In this document: positions 26,629 through 39,525 of the stretch, one piece after another
How the letters are laid out: each line of letters begins with the position of its first letter
How positions within the stretch are numbered: the stretch's first letter is position 1
DNA from: Mobula hypostoma
Taxonomy: Eukaryota
NCBI RefSeq assembly: GCF_963921235.1
Contig: NC_086097.1
Coordinates: 130,264,001 to 130,328,000, forward strand
Direction of reading: 5' to 3'
Length of the DNA stretch: 64,000 nucleotides
The notes under the pieces: generated by a model
Database searches by the model: none
Told to the model about the DNA's origin: nothing
Seen by the model: only the letters and a program-made list of their open reading frames with translations
Made by a program: the position numbers and the translations under genes

Positions 26629-26817
26629 CCTGCCACCATCGAGGTCTCGTCACCAGGGCAGCGAGCTATTTTACTGTTTCCTATACTGTCGGCCTGTGCT
26701 TCACGCTGCATGAACTTTGAATTATATTTAATAATTATAAATAATAATAAGTACTTTATTGATACCAAGTGGGAAATTTTTTTGTTGCAGCTGCAACATT
26801 TAAAAATGCACTTGGTC

Positions 26818-28008
26818 AAAAAACTTCTCAGTTAAAAAATTAGGAATATTTTGAAATACATATAAAAATTTTGGTAAAATCATCACTTTAACTGCACGAA
26901 TTCGGCCAGCTAAGGAAAGTGTAAGTGGATTCCATCTACAAAATAATTGCTTCATAAAATCCATTAAAGGAACCAAATTAGCTCTATAAAGGTCTCTGTA
27001 ATCTTATTGGGAAAATTTATAATTTATTATTACAACAGTACAAATATTCTTCACTTAAGATTAAGCAAGATTGAGAAAGAGAGCCTAACATGACCTTGAT
27101 AACAGAGGATTGGTTGCGAATTTTGAAGTTGGCTAACTCTTCTTCGATTTGTGCCAATCACTCTTTAATTCAATTTAAAATTGTACATCGTTACTATTTG
27201 ACAAAGGAGAGACTGTCTAAAATATTTCCTAATGTTGATAGTCAGTGTGATAGATGTAAAACCGAGACAGCTATATTGACACATATGTTTTGGTCGTGTT
27301 CTGTATTGAAACAGTTTTGGAAATCTATTTTCTCTACAATTTCTAAAGCTTTAAAAATTAATTTACAACCTAATAAATTGACAGTTTTGTTCGGTATAAT
27401 CCCTCAATATATTCATGGTATTTCTATATCAGACCAACATGTAATTGCATTTGTTACATTATTGGCCAGAAGGGCTATTTTATTGAAATGGAAAGATGCC
27501 TCTGCTCCCACGTTGATACAATGGTTCTCTCAGCTGATGCTATGTCTTAGTTTGGAGAAAATCAGAAGTCGAACTTTCGATCCTTGATTTGACTTTGAGA
27601 AAAGGTGGGGTTCTTTTGCCCGCTACTATCATCTGATTTGAGTTAATTAATACGTTTTCCTTTTGATTCTTGGTTAAATGGATTTGAGTTGGCGGATTGA
27701 TGTTTTTCTTTTGTGGAAGCTTGTATGGTATATAGCTTCAGGGTTGTGCTCCCAATGGTTTTTTTTTTGTGTTTTTTTTGTTTTAGTTAGTAGGGGTTCT
27801 TTTTTCCTTCTTTCTTTTTTCCCAAAAAATTATTTTCACACTTTATTTTTTTCTTCTTATTATTGATATATTATTTAGCTTTGTTAATCAGTTATTTGGT
27901 AATTTAATTCCTGTGCACATGTATATATTGATATGTTGACTTGATTAATGTATTTTTTGTTGATCTTCAATAATAATTAATAAAAAAGATTTAAAAATGA
28001 AAAATAAA
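26818..28008 (+). mobile_element. L1/Tx1-clade LINE 3' fragment
   Basis: ORF 27090-27587 with QFKIVHRYYLT, the CCHC knuckle CDRCKTETAILTHMFWSC and ARRAILLKWK; T-rich 3' UTR ending aataaaaaagatttaaaaatgaaaaataaaa. Confidence 0.85.
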
Positions 28009-29384
28009 AACACACTTAGTAGTGTGCAGACTTAACTAATAATAAAGTACATAATAATATAAACAATAATAATTTACCAATGTGCAATAACGTGCAATAA
28101 TAATGTACAATAATAAAACAGAGACTATTGTACTATGATATATGTTCTCCTGTCGAATAGAGATGAACTGTTGTATATACTTATTGCATTTGGTAGGAAA
28201 GATATTCTGTAACGATCCTTGTGACTTATTTGTGATAATATTTTGTTTTATGTGCTGTGTGATATATGTTTTGTTTTGTGGGTGCACCATGGTCTGGAGG
28301 AACATTGTTTTGTTTGGTTGTATATACTGTATGTAAAGTCAGATGACAATAAACTTGAACTTGAACTTGAAAAGTGGATTATCCCTCTTTCCAGCTGTAG
28401 ATTATGGGCCTTTCAGAACTCACCCAGATTCTTTTTAAATCTAGTGCAGACTTCTACATTTATCACCCTTTCATATTGTGAGCCCCAAACACTGACTTCT
28501 TGGTCATCAACATCTTCTTTACTCCTCTTCAATCTTTTCACCAGTTAACTTACATTCATGTCCCTTCTTGTTACTGACCTTACTGCTAAAGGACATAGTT
28601 TCCTTGTTATCATTTCTAGCTTTCCCATAATCTTATATAACCAGACCAAAAATTAAAAGTGGATGAGATACATATGAAAAAAAAAGTCGACCATAGTAAT
28701 TCAAAGAGTGCAGAAGATAACAAATATATGCATAATGGATGCTTGGGTCTTTCCCAAGTATAACCGGCACATTTATTGACCATAATAAAATACCCTTGCT
28801 ATGTAAGTGAATGGCAGAATTGGAGGGTGGGAAGTTGTTGATAAACGTGAAGAAAATAATTTGGGATTAATATAAGATTAGCATAAATGGATTGTTGAGG
28901 GTTGCCCAGAGCTTGTTGGGCTCTCTTTGACTACAATCCCATGAAATAACAGCAGAGAGACCGAGGAGCAAATTAACAGAGTTTAGAATCCTGTTAGCTG
29001 AAGTCCTAACTGGCAGAGGTAGTGAGAAGAACAAAAGGTTATAAATTGAGAGCAGATGTCTGGAGGAGACAGCAGAGAAAGCAAAGATAGATTTAATACA
29101 AAGATGACATTTTTAAAAATGGAGGTGTTCCTTCACTGAGAGGTGATATATTTCAACAAGTACAGCTAACACTACAAAAATAAATCAACAAGTTGTTAAC
29201 ACATTGTTGTTTGTGGGATCTCACTGTGCACAAATTGAGTGCTGATTTTCCTATATCACTACCAAGCCCAGACCTTCATTGGCTGAAAGCACCTTGGGAT
29301 GTCCTGAGGCTGTGAAAAATTTTTATTCCTTACAGAAATGGTAAACATCAATTCTTTCAAGGCTGATAAAAAATAATGTAGAGG

Positions 29385-29492
29385 ATGACAGCAACACACA
29401 CACAAAATGTTGGAGGAATTCAGCAGGCCAGGCAGCATCTATGGAAAAGAGCGAACTTCCAACATTTCGGGCAAAGCCCTTCATCAGAGTAT
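29385..29492 (-). mobile_element. Penelope-like pseudo-LTR fragment with hammerhead-like motif
   Basis: Reverse complement: ctctgatgaagggctttgcccgaaatgttggaag...gatgctgcctggcctgctgaattcctcc. Confidence 0.7.
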
Positions 29493-29716
29493 GACAGTTC
29501 GTCTTTACTAAGCACCCTGTAAAATAGAGAAGACCTTGCTTGCTGAACAATTGAATAATGATTTTCTTGCATTACTATCAAAATTATAGTGGGATACTGA
29601 ACACAATTTACTAGCAAAACCTAATTTATAATTATCATCTGCATATCAACTTCAGAATTGCATTGTAATCATTCTGAAGTAGTTTGTTACTTCTTTGGTT
29701 TACAACATGTAGAGGG

Positions 29717-29943
29717 GCCACAAGCAAGAGAAAATCTGAAGATGCTGGAAATCAAAGTAACATACACAAAATGTTGGAGGTACTCAGTAGGCCAGGCAGC
29801 ATCTATGGAAAAAATTAAACAGTCGAATTTTCAGGCTGACAACCTTCATCAGGTCCTGGTGAAGGGTCTCAGCCTGAAACATTGACTGTTTAATCTTTTC
29901 GATAGATACTGCTGAGTTCCTCCAGCAGTTTGTGTGTATTAAA
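29717..29943. mobile_element. Palindromic Penelope-like insertion (two inverted pLTR arms)
   Basis: Arms are inverted about caggtcctg (~29850-29858); flanked by the 10-bp direct repeat ATGTAGAGGG (29707-29716, 29944-29953). Confidence 0.8.
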
Positions 29944-31237
29944 ATGTAGAGGGTTTTTTTTAACTAAATTATACTGACAGCTAAGCTTAAGGTATTTATG
30001 CTTCAAATAAAAAATATAGTGACTATGGGTTATAAACACAGATGCGGTCAGTATGGGTGTTGAAATTTTAAAATTGGATATGTTCCTACACTGGGAGGTG
30101 CTATATGTTAGCAAGTACAGGGGTTGCTGTAGGATTGTTTGAATCATAGAACATCTCTGCCCTTGGAAGGGGAGGAATGGGCTGTCCCAGATATTAGATC
30201 TCATTTCTGTGACACTAGTGAGATGTAGTGAGCCTACAGAAGAGTGACTGAATATTATGCTACCTGCTGCAAGTGAGGACCAGGGTGGAGGGGTTCTGGA
30301 AAACAATCATAGAGCAAGGAAGGCAGGAAAAGTTGGGATTCAAGAGGCCCAAGTGGACTCAAAGGGAAAAAAACAAAGATGATTGCTTTGTAATTGGGAG
30401 GGTTTAGGAGTATGAGAATTGGCGAGCAGCTTTCTATTCAATTGGTTAAATGTTTAATTCTTACCTTAATGGTCACAGAGCGTCTGAATGCCTAGCTTTA
30501 GCAAAGCCATTTTGTCCTTACTCAGTGTAGCAGTTGGTGCACTGTTGATGAGGAATATGTGGCTGTTTTCCGTATGTTCATTGGTGTGCAGAGATTGGAG
30601 AATAGTTGTGCTTAGAGGTGAGTTATTGCAGGTCTGATCATTTACCTTACACTAGCAGCCCGGTGAAGAGCCGTTGAGGATCTGCAGTCTATTGCATTGT
30701 TCTCTTGGACTTCACATGGCCATGAAGTTCAGTGGTAGATCAGGAGGTCAGGTGCACTGGTGTCTGACCTCTGTCTTGCTTTGGACATAGGTACCTGACT
30801 GCAGTCGGATTGAAGACTGAAGTGCTGAACCACGGGCTTCTTACAAATGGTGGTTCTCCATGGAAGTGCTGACTGAAGACAACTACAGTGCAGCTCAAAG
30901 AATCCAGCAACAGCTGAGGAGGGTCCTGGTAAGTACTGAAGTCATTCATTGGGAATATGCAAATCACCAGACGCAGCAGGAACTCACCTGCTCCTATTGC
31001 ACCAACTTTCCTATTCCATCATACATATCTTGCCTTACATTTTATTATGTTAGATCTGGCTGCTCCCATTAGAAGGACACAAAGGCTTTTGAAAAAGTCT
31101 ACAGAAGAGGTCTATCAAGATTCTGACACAAGATACTGAAGATTCTAAAATCTGAAGCAACATACAAAATGCTGGGGTAACTCAACATGAATTCAGTCTT
31201 GACCTGAAATGTTGACTATCCAATTCACGCACTTGAC

Positions 31238-31780
31238 CTTACCAGGGTGCCGCCTGGATTTCAGAGTCTGAGCTGTAAGGAAAGGTTGGACAAACCTGGG
31301 TTGTTTTCTTTGGATTATCTGAGGCTGAGCAGAGGCATGAGATAGGCTTCTAAAATTGTGTGCAGCATAAACAGGGTAAATAGTTAGTATCTTTCTCCCA
31401 GGGTGGTAGTGTGAAATACTAACGGAAATACCTTTCAGTTCAGGCAGTTAAGTTTAAAGGAGATGTGAGGGAAAGTTTTATTTTTGTTTAACACAGATCA
31501 GTACTTAGAATAGAGTATTGTTCGTTTAGAATGGAGACGAGGAGGAATTTCTTTAGCCAGAGTGTGGTGAATTGTGGAATTAATTGCTCCAGTCAGCTGT
31601 GGAGGCCAAGTTATTGGGTATAATTAAGGTAAATGGTGATAGATTCTCAACTGGTCAGGGCATGAAGGGATATGGGGAGAAGACGGGAGACTGGGGCTGA
31701 GAGGGTAAATGGAACAACTATGATGAAATGGAGGAGCAGACTTGATGGGCCAAATACTATTATGTCTTATGGTCTTAAGG
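31238..31780 (+). mobile_element. Degenerate CR1 3' fragments
   Basis: gaaaggttggacaaacctgggttgttttct...gaggaggaatttctttagccagagtgtggtgaattgtggaat. Confidence 0.65.
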
Positions 31781-33849
31781 TCTAATGATAATTGCAACAA
31801 GCTGTTAGGGGTAGTAATGGAAGCAATCACAATAGCGGCACTGAACCAGAGGGGATAACTTCAATCGCCCCATCACTGAACAACATATCGGCTCACTTTC
31901 AAGGACTCTTCACCTCATGTTGTGTATATTTATTGCTTATTTATGATTATAATTTCTTTTGTTTTCTCTTTCTTTTCGTATTTGCACAGTTTGTTGTTTT
32001 GTTTTTGTACATTGGCTGTCGTCCACCCTGCTGGGTGTGGTCTTGCATTGATTCGATTGTGCTTCTTGTATTTGCTGTGATTGCCTGCATGAAAATGATC
32101 GTAGGGTTGTATATAGTTATCAACACTGCATGTACTTTGATAATAAATTCACTTTGAACATTGATTTCAGAGACTGTAGACAGACACATGAAATGGAGAT
32201 AATGGAGGGAAGCAGATCTAGTGCAGCAGAAGACATAAACGTAGTTTAATTTAGTTTCAGATATGGCACAGATATAATGGGGCAAAGGGACTGCTCCTAA
32301 GCTCGACTATTCCAAGTTCAACGTGGCAGAGTCTGCAGATCCCACATTAGCCTCTAGAACTCTCACCACGAGAGTAAAAACAAATCACCTTTAACCCTTG
32401 GGACTTCCTAAACCAACATAAACTAAATCAACTCACCCTTTAATAACTTGGTTTTTGATTGTCATTCCAGTTTTGTAAGAGAGCCTTATAATTAATCCAC
32501 TGTCAGTTATCTTGAGTTATCAAATTACCTTTAAGATGAAAGCCTGTATAGAATAAAAGGGAAAATGCATTCCTTGTGAAAACAAAACTAAATGTACCAG
32601 TTATCCATGTCAATAATTTTTGGTAAATAATAATAATGCTATTATTATGGGCATGTCTAGTCAAATTTAGATTAGCTTCACCATACATGCGCTCCTTGAG
32701 CTTTGTTTTATCAACCAAACTGGTGACTAAGCAACAGAATACTCCCACCTCTGAATCAGATCAATTGGACATCCTCCAAGCCATCTGACAACTATAAATT
32801 CAAATTTGGCTACTGAACTAAAGCTAAACTGTTTCTAATTAAAAAGAAGGCCACAGTTGTGTTTTAAATGGTAGAGGAAAGGAAAACAGAAATTGGCTTT
32901 TGTTAAAGGAACTTTATCGCTATAAAAAGAAATGAGTCAGTCAAAGCAACTGGGGAATAATCATATTTCTTGAAATTGAAATAATTGGCTTCAACCTGAA
33001 TTAAGTTCTAAGGGGTAAGGAAAAGGTCAGGAAAGCAATAAAATGGGCTCCATAGGAGCTTGGATTGTTAGGAGAGCAATGAATAAACGTTGGGCTTTAT
33101 AGTCAAGTTCATAATTTATGTATGAGGAGAGAATAAATCACAATTAAAGAATATATGTCGTGTGCGATCCACTGGATGTTTAAGGGGTCCAAGTGAAATG
33201 TAGCTCCCAAACATTAGTTATTCCCTCTCGTGCCAAAAATCTTCTGGGAAGTGATGATTCTAGATCCTACGTCCCTGAAGGTGCTTTGTGATGGAAACTT
33301 GAGGAGAAAGGGTCAATGGGAGAGATGTCTTGGAAGGAGAACTAGATGCCAGAACCCATCTTGTTGGCTGAACTGTCTAACATTTGAACAGCAGTGGTCC
33401 ATTTTGAGAATGATTATCGGGAGTCAATCGGTGAAGAGCAGTTCTGGTCACTGGGGTGGCAACAGAGTATGACGCATTGCAAAAATGAGGACATAAGTGT
33501 TTGAAAAAGTGGATTCCAGCAGCAGAGGAATGTCCACTTTGGAGCTGAGATACTGAAGATGACTTTCACTGAATGGAACTAATCTGCAATAAATAAAATG
33601 GTATCACAAATAGTGAAACTTCCTTTTTGTAGTCTGGAAAAGGCTCCCTTGGTTCACTGATACCCTTCAGGAGAATAAATATGCTGCCCTAACCTTGTTT
33701 GGCCTGGGATTCACCCTGAGTTTCACAGCAATGGAATTATTTTTTTACCTCCCTCTTGTGCCCCAGTATACCATTCAATTCAAGGCAGAAAAGAATGCTG
33801 GATTGTGCATTGGAATACAGCGTCTTTAAGTTCTGATTTTTATTTATCT

Positions 33850-34085
33850 TACCTAGAGGTACAGCATGATAACAGATCCCCCTGGCCCGATGAGCCAGCA
33901 CTGCCTAATTACACCTATGTGACCAATTAACCTGCTGACCTGAATGTCTTTGCAATATATGAGGAAACTGGATCATCCGTAAGAAATCCATGCAGAGGAG
34001 AGCATGCAAATTCCCTTTAAACGGCATGGAAGTGACCCTGGATCACTGGCACTGTAGTAGCTTTACACTACCATGCTGCCCACTG
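33850..34085 (-). mobile_element. V-SINE/HE1-like SINE
   Basis: gtctttgcaatatatgaggaaactggatcatccgtaagaaatccatgcag...ctttacactaccatgctgcc; reverse complement of the 5682-5945 type. Confidence 0.6.
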
Positions 34086-35975
34086 ATTCTGAATTTCTTA
34101 TTGTCTTGTTACTTGGGATATCTTTTTCTGGATTTCTGTATAATGTGCTCCTTATTTTCCAATGAGTTATCGACCGAAACCCCAAAGGTTTCAGTTGCTG
34201 GTAGCTCTGAAGGAAAGATACATCCCATGATCTATAGTGTCATTAAATGGACAATTCTCCCTTCCCTCGACGTTCCCTCCCCTGAGGTCAAGTGCCTGAA
34301 TCAGCTTTCTGATAACTCAGCAGTGATTCCTAGCACAACATAATCTGGAAAACATTGCTTTTACTGTATGTGCAAAATAGCTTTAAAATATACTCAGACG
34401 GATTCACGGCAACGTATCCAAAATTCAGGATGAACTCAGAAGGTTATACAGCATCCATGTATCAGAGTCCTGATCCAGAATATTGACTGTTTGTGTCCTT
34501 CCACAAATGATGCCTGACCTGCTGAGTTCCTCTGGCATTTTGTGTGTATTGCTCAAGATTCCCAGCTTCTGCAGAATATCTTGTGTCGCAAATGGATCCA
34601 CTATTGAAAATGCATTTCTGAACCTCTCCCCACCAATCCTATTCTGAATTTAAGGCTGTTTCCCTTACTTGTGACTCCTCAATCAATAGCAAGAGTAAGT
34701 AGGTTGGAGGAGAGAAGGATGAAATCTCCCTTCTGAATTTCATAGGCAACTGTAAAATCCTCTAAACATTCCCAACAAAAACATAAATTACGCAATCCCT
34801 CCTCAATGTTCAACTTCCGGTCCAAGGACTTCTGATCGACGTATTCTGTATAGAATATATTTTGCTTCTTTTATGTCTTACTACATTTGATTATCATCTT
34901 GAATGTGATTCTGGAACTGTTGGAGCCTGTGATTTGTAGATCGTTTGCATATTCCAGTGCTCTACAGTCTCCAAGAGGATTCCAAGAGGCAAAAGCAACA
35001 TTTGTGAGCCTCATGACAAGCAGACTGCGAGGTGGGTCAAGCTGATGTTCAATTCTATTTAGCCGATTAAAACGACGAGGGAAATTGAAACATTGAGGGA
35101 AATGCGTAAGGTGAGTGCGGGCTGCCTGCTTCTTGATCGCTAGTGGAATCGCTCTGCTGCTGGAGAGGGAAACTGCCCAGAGCAGGTTACCCAGGTTTCC
35201 TGTGTTTTGGATACGAACTAGAACTATGGACATTTTTTTGCCCGGTCTTATAGTTTTTATATTCTGTGTCTTTCGCCTGATCTTTCTCGTTTTTTTTTGT
35301 CTGCAGGGGGAGTGGGATTGTTGGGTCAATGGAGTCGTATTTTTGTGCAGGGAGGAGGGATTTGGGGGGAGAGTCTGATGATCATGGTGCTGTTCTTTTC
35401 TTTCTTGATTTCGTGGCTATCTGAAGAAGAAGAATTTCAGAGTTGTATACTTTGGTTAAATGAATCATTGAACTTAAGAACTCAAAAACATTCTGGTGAA
35501 GCTATAACACACACTTTTCAAGAATCTGTTTCCTGAAATAATAGATACTAAATATAATCTATTCATACCAAACTATACAAATGGCTTAGACACAGGAAAA
35601 TTGCACATCTCATCACATAAGATCTGAAGGCATTTTGTTTGTGATGCAGTGCCTGATTTTACATAAATCTGGAGAATGATCATTAATCTCTGGTAACCTC
35701 ACACCAGATGTGTTCATCAAGCCTTGGTAAACAAGGAACATGAATGCGCAGCAAGAGCTGACAATTCTAATCTCAGCTGGATTACTACAAAAGTATTACG
35801 GTACAAACAGTATACTGTACTGCAGAACTCATCTAATTACAGTAACAAACCTTCTAAGCTGACCTAAGGAAATGTGTTAACTTTATGTACAGAGCAACAT
35901 ACATTCTAATTTATTTGATTTTCTGATGTTGCCCTTGTTTACTAACTTATCTTAGCCGAACATAGATTAGGGTTA

Positions 35976-36074
35976 ACATACATCAAAGTTGCTGGTGAAC
36001 GCAGCAGGCCAAGCAGCATCTATAGGAAGAGGCGCAGTCGACGTTTCAGGCCGAGACCCTTCGTCAGGACCTTT
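35976..36074 (-). mobile_element. 99-bp Penelope pseudo-LTR insertion with perfect 14-bp TSD
   Basis: ATAGATTAGGGTTA at 35962-35975 and 36075-36088; the insert matches the pLTR family. Confidence 0.85.
36035..36071 (-). ncRNA. Minimal type-I hammerhead ribozyme motif
   Basis: Minus strand GGUC-CUGACGA-AGG-GUCUCGG-CCU-GAAAC-GUC/GACUG: CUGANGA and GAAA boxes, short stem II, palindromic ACGU stem III, GUC cleavage triplet, stem I GGUC:GACU. Confidence 0.8.
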
Positions 36075-36477
36075 ATAGATTAGGGTTACTTGTATTAGTT
36101 AATTGTCAGACGCATACAAATTTCAGAGATGCATGTAGACACATATCCACAGATTTTCCCCAGGTAATGGCTGCCCAGCTCATGTCGAGCCCCTACATAT
36201 GAGCGAGCCTTTTAGACTCCAGCAGGATGGACTTGCCTGCTGCCACGGTGCTGCAGGCATCTGCTGCCATGTGGGAACTTGGTTTGTGCAAGATTTGAAT
36301 GGATGAGTCTCGATGAAGGGTCTCGGCCCAAAACATTGACCGTTTGCTTTTATTCCATAGGTGCTGCCTGTCCTCCAGCGTTTTAACATAGAAACATAGA
36401 AAATAGGTGCAGGAGTAGGCCATTCAGCCCTTCGAGCCTGCACCACCATTTATTATGATCATGGCTGATCATTCAAC

Positions 36478-39400
36478 TCAGAACCCCGCCCCAGCCTTCC
36501 CTCCATACCCCCTGATCCCCGTAGCCACAAGGGCCATATCTAACTCCCTCTTAAATATAGCCAATGAACTGGCCTCAACTGTTTCCTGTGGCAGAGAATT
36601 CCACAGATTCACCACTCTCTGTGTGAAGAAGTTTTTCCTAATCTTGGTCCTAAAAGGCTTCCCCTTTATCCTCAAACTGTGGCCCCTTGTTCTGGACTTC
36701 CCCAACATCGGGAACAATCTTCCTGCATCTAGCCTGTCCAATCCCTTTAGGATTTTATACGTTTCAATAAGATCCCCCCTCAATCTTCTAAATTCCAACG
36801 AGTACAAGCCCAGTTCATCCAGTCTTTCTTCATATGAAAGTCCTACCATCCCAGGAATCAATCTGGTGAACCTTCTTTGTACTCCCTCTATGGCAAGGAT
36901 GTCTTTCCTCAGATTAGGGGACCAAAACTGCACACAATACTCCAGGTGTGGTCTCACCAAGGCCTTGTACAACTGCAGTAGTACCTCCCTGCTCCTGTAC
37001 TCGAATCCTCTCGCTATAAATGCCAGCATACCATTCGCCTTTTTCACTGCCTGCTGTACCTGCATGCCCACTTTCAATGACTGGTGTATAATGACACCCA
37101 GGTCTCGTTGCACCTCCCCTTTTCCTAATCGGCCACCATTCAGATAATAATCTGTTTTCCTATTTTTGCCACCAAAGTGGATAACTTCACATTTATCTAC
37201 ATTAAATTGCATCTGCCATGAATTTGCCCACTCACCCAACCTATCCAAGTCACTCTGCATCCTCTTAGCATCCTCCTCACAGCTAACACTGCCACCCAGC
37301 TTCGTGTCATCCGCAAACTTGGAGATGCTGCATTTAATTCCCTCATCCAAGTCATTAATATATATTGTAAACAACTGGGGTCCCAGCACTGAGCCTTGCG
37401 GTACCCCACTAGTCACCGCCTGCCATTCTGAAAAGGTCCCGTTTATTCCCACTCTTTGCTTCCTGTCTGCTAACCAATTCTCCATCCACATCAATACCTT
37501 ACCCCCAATACCGTGTGCTTTAAGTTTGCACACTAATCTCCTGTGTGGGACCTTGTCAAAAGCCTTTTGAAAATCCAAATATACCACATCCACTGGTTCT
37601 CCCCTATCCACTCTACTAGTTACATCCTCAAAAAATTCTATGAGATTCGTCAGACATGATTTTCCTTTCACAAATCCATGCTGACTTTGTCCGATGATTT
37701 CACCGCTTTCCAAATGTGCTGTTATCACATCTTTGATAACTGACTCCAGCAGTTTCCCCACCACCGACGTTAGGCTAACCGATCTATAATTCCCCGGTTT
37801 CTCTCTCCCTCCTTTTTTAAAAAGTGGAGTTACATTAGCCACCCTCCAATCCTCAGGAACTAGTCCAGAATCTAACGAGTTTTGAAAAATTATCACTAAT
37901 GCATCCACTATTTCTTGGGCTACTTCCTTAAGCCCTCAAGGATGCAGACCATCTGGCCCTGGGGATTTATCTGCCTTCAATCCCTTCAATTTACCTAACA
38001 CCACTTCCCTACTAACATGTATTTTGCTCAGTTCCTCCATCTCACTGGACCCTCTGTCCCCTACTATTTCTGGAAGATTATTTATGTCCTCCTTAGTGAA
38101 GACAGAACCAAAGTAATTATTCAATTGGTCTGCCATGTCCTTGCTCCCCATAATCAATTCACTTGTTTCTGTCTGTAAGGGACCTACATTTGTCTTTACC
38201 AGTCTTTTCCTTTTTACATATCTATAAAAGCTTTTACAGTCATTTTTTATGTTCCCTGCCAGTTTTCTCTCATAATCTTTTTTCCCTTTCCTAATTAAGC
38301 CCTTTGTCCTCCTCTGCTGAACTTTGAATTTCTCCCAGTCCTCAGGTGAGCCACTTTCTCTGGCTAATTTGTATGCTTCTTCTTTGGAATTGATACTATC
38401 CCTAATTTCTCTTGTCAGCCACGGGTGCACTACCTTCCTTGATTTATTCTTTTGCCAAACTGGGATGAACGATTGTTGTAGTTCATCCATGCAACCTTTA
38501 AATGCTTGCCATTGCATATCCACCGTCAATCCTTTAAGTGTCATTTGCCAGTCTATCTTAGCTAATTCACGTCTCATACCTTCAAAGTTACCCCTCTTTA
38601 AGTTAAGAACCTTTGTTTCTGAATTAACTATGTCACTCTCCATCTTAATGAAGAATTCCACCATATTATGGTCACTCTTACCCAAGGGGCCTCTCACGAC
38701 AAGATCGCTAATTAACCCTTCCTCATTGCTCAAAACCCAGTCCAGAATAGCCTGCTCTCTAGTTGGTTCCTCGACATGTTGGTTCAAAAAACCATCCCGC
38801 ATACATTCCAAGAAATCCTCTTCCTCAGCACCTTTACCAAGTTGGTTCACCCAATCTACATGTAGATTGAAGTCACCCATTATAACTGCTGTTCCTTTAT
38901 TGCACACATTTCTAATTTCCTGTTTAATACCATCTCCGACCTCACTACTACTGTTAGGTGGCCTGTACACAACTCCCACCAGCGTCTTCTGCCCCTTAGT
39001 GTTATGCAGCTCTACCCATATCGATTCCACATCTTCCCGGCTTATGTCCTTCCTTTCTATTGCGTTAATCTCTTCTTTAACCAGCAACGCCACCCCACCT
39101 CCCATTCCTTCATGTCTATCCCTCCTGAATATTGAATATCCCTAAACGTTGAGCTCCCATCCTTGGTCACCCTGGAGCCATGTCTCTGTGATCCCAACTA
39201 TATCATAATCATTAATAACAATCTGCACTTTCAATTCATCTACCTTATTACGAATGCTCCTTGCATTGACACACAAAGCCTTCAGGCGCTCTTTTACAAC
39301 TCTCTTAGCCCTTATACAATTATGTTGAAAAGTGGCCCTTTTTAATGCTTGCCCTAGATTTGTCGGCCTGCCACTTTCACTTTTCTCCTTAGTACTTTTT

Positions 39401-39525
39401 GCTTCTACCCTCACTTTACACCCCTCTGTCTCTCTGCACTGGTTCCCATCCCCTTGTTGTGAACTAACCTCCTCACGCCTAGCCTCTTTAATTTGATTCC
39501 CACCCCCCAACCATTCTAGTTTCAA
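36478..39525 (-). pseudogene. CR1 ORF2 (APE endonuclease + reverse transcriptase) with two in-frame stops
   Basis: ORFs 39142-39525, 37936-39105 and 36478-37908 share one frame. Motifs: NARSI, GITETWL, GVVYRPP, MGDFN, SDH, KSPGPDG, DFQKAFDKVPH, GVPQGSVLGP, KFADDT. Confidence 0.93.

Noticed and set aside
26805..28020. Possible 15-bp TSD around the L1 fragment (aaaaatgcacttggt vs aaaaacacacttagt)
   Set aside because: Three mismatches in A-rich context; suggestive but not supportable.
35962..35975. Telomere-repeat targeting by the Penelope element
   Set aside because: Only one TTAGGG unit, and the other Penelope TSDs in the window lack it.
36455..39145. Long plus-strand ORFs (230, 134 and 273 aa)
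   Set aside because: Antisense shadows of CR1 ORF2; the same shadow ORFs appear over the 22-23 kb copy.
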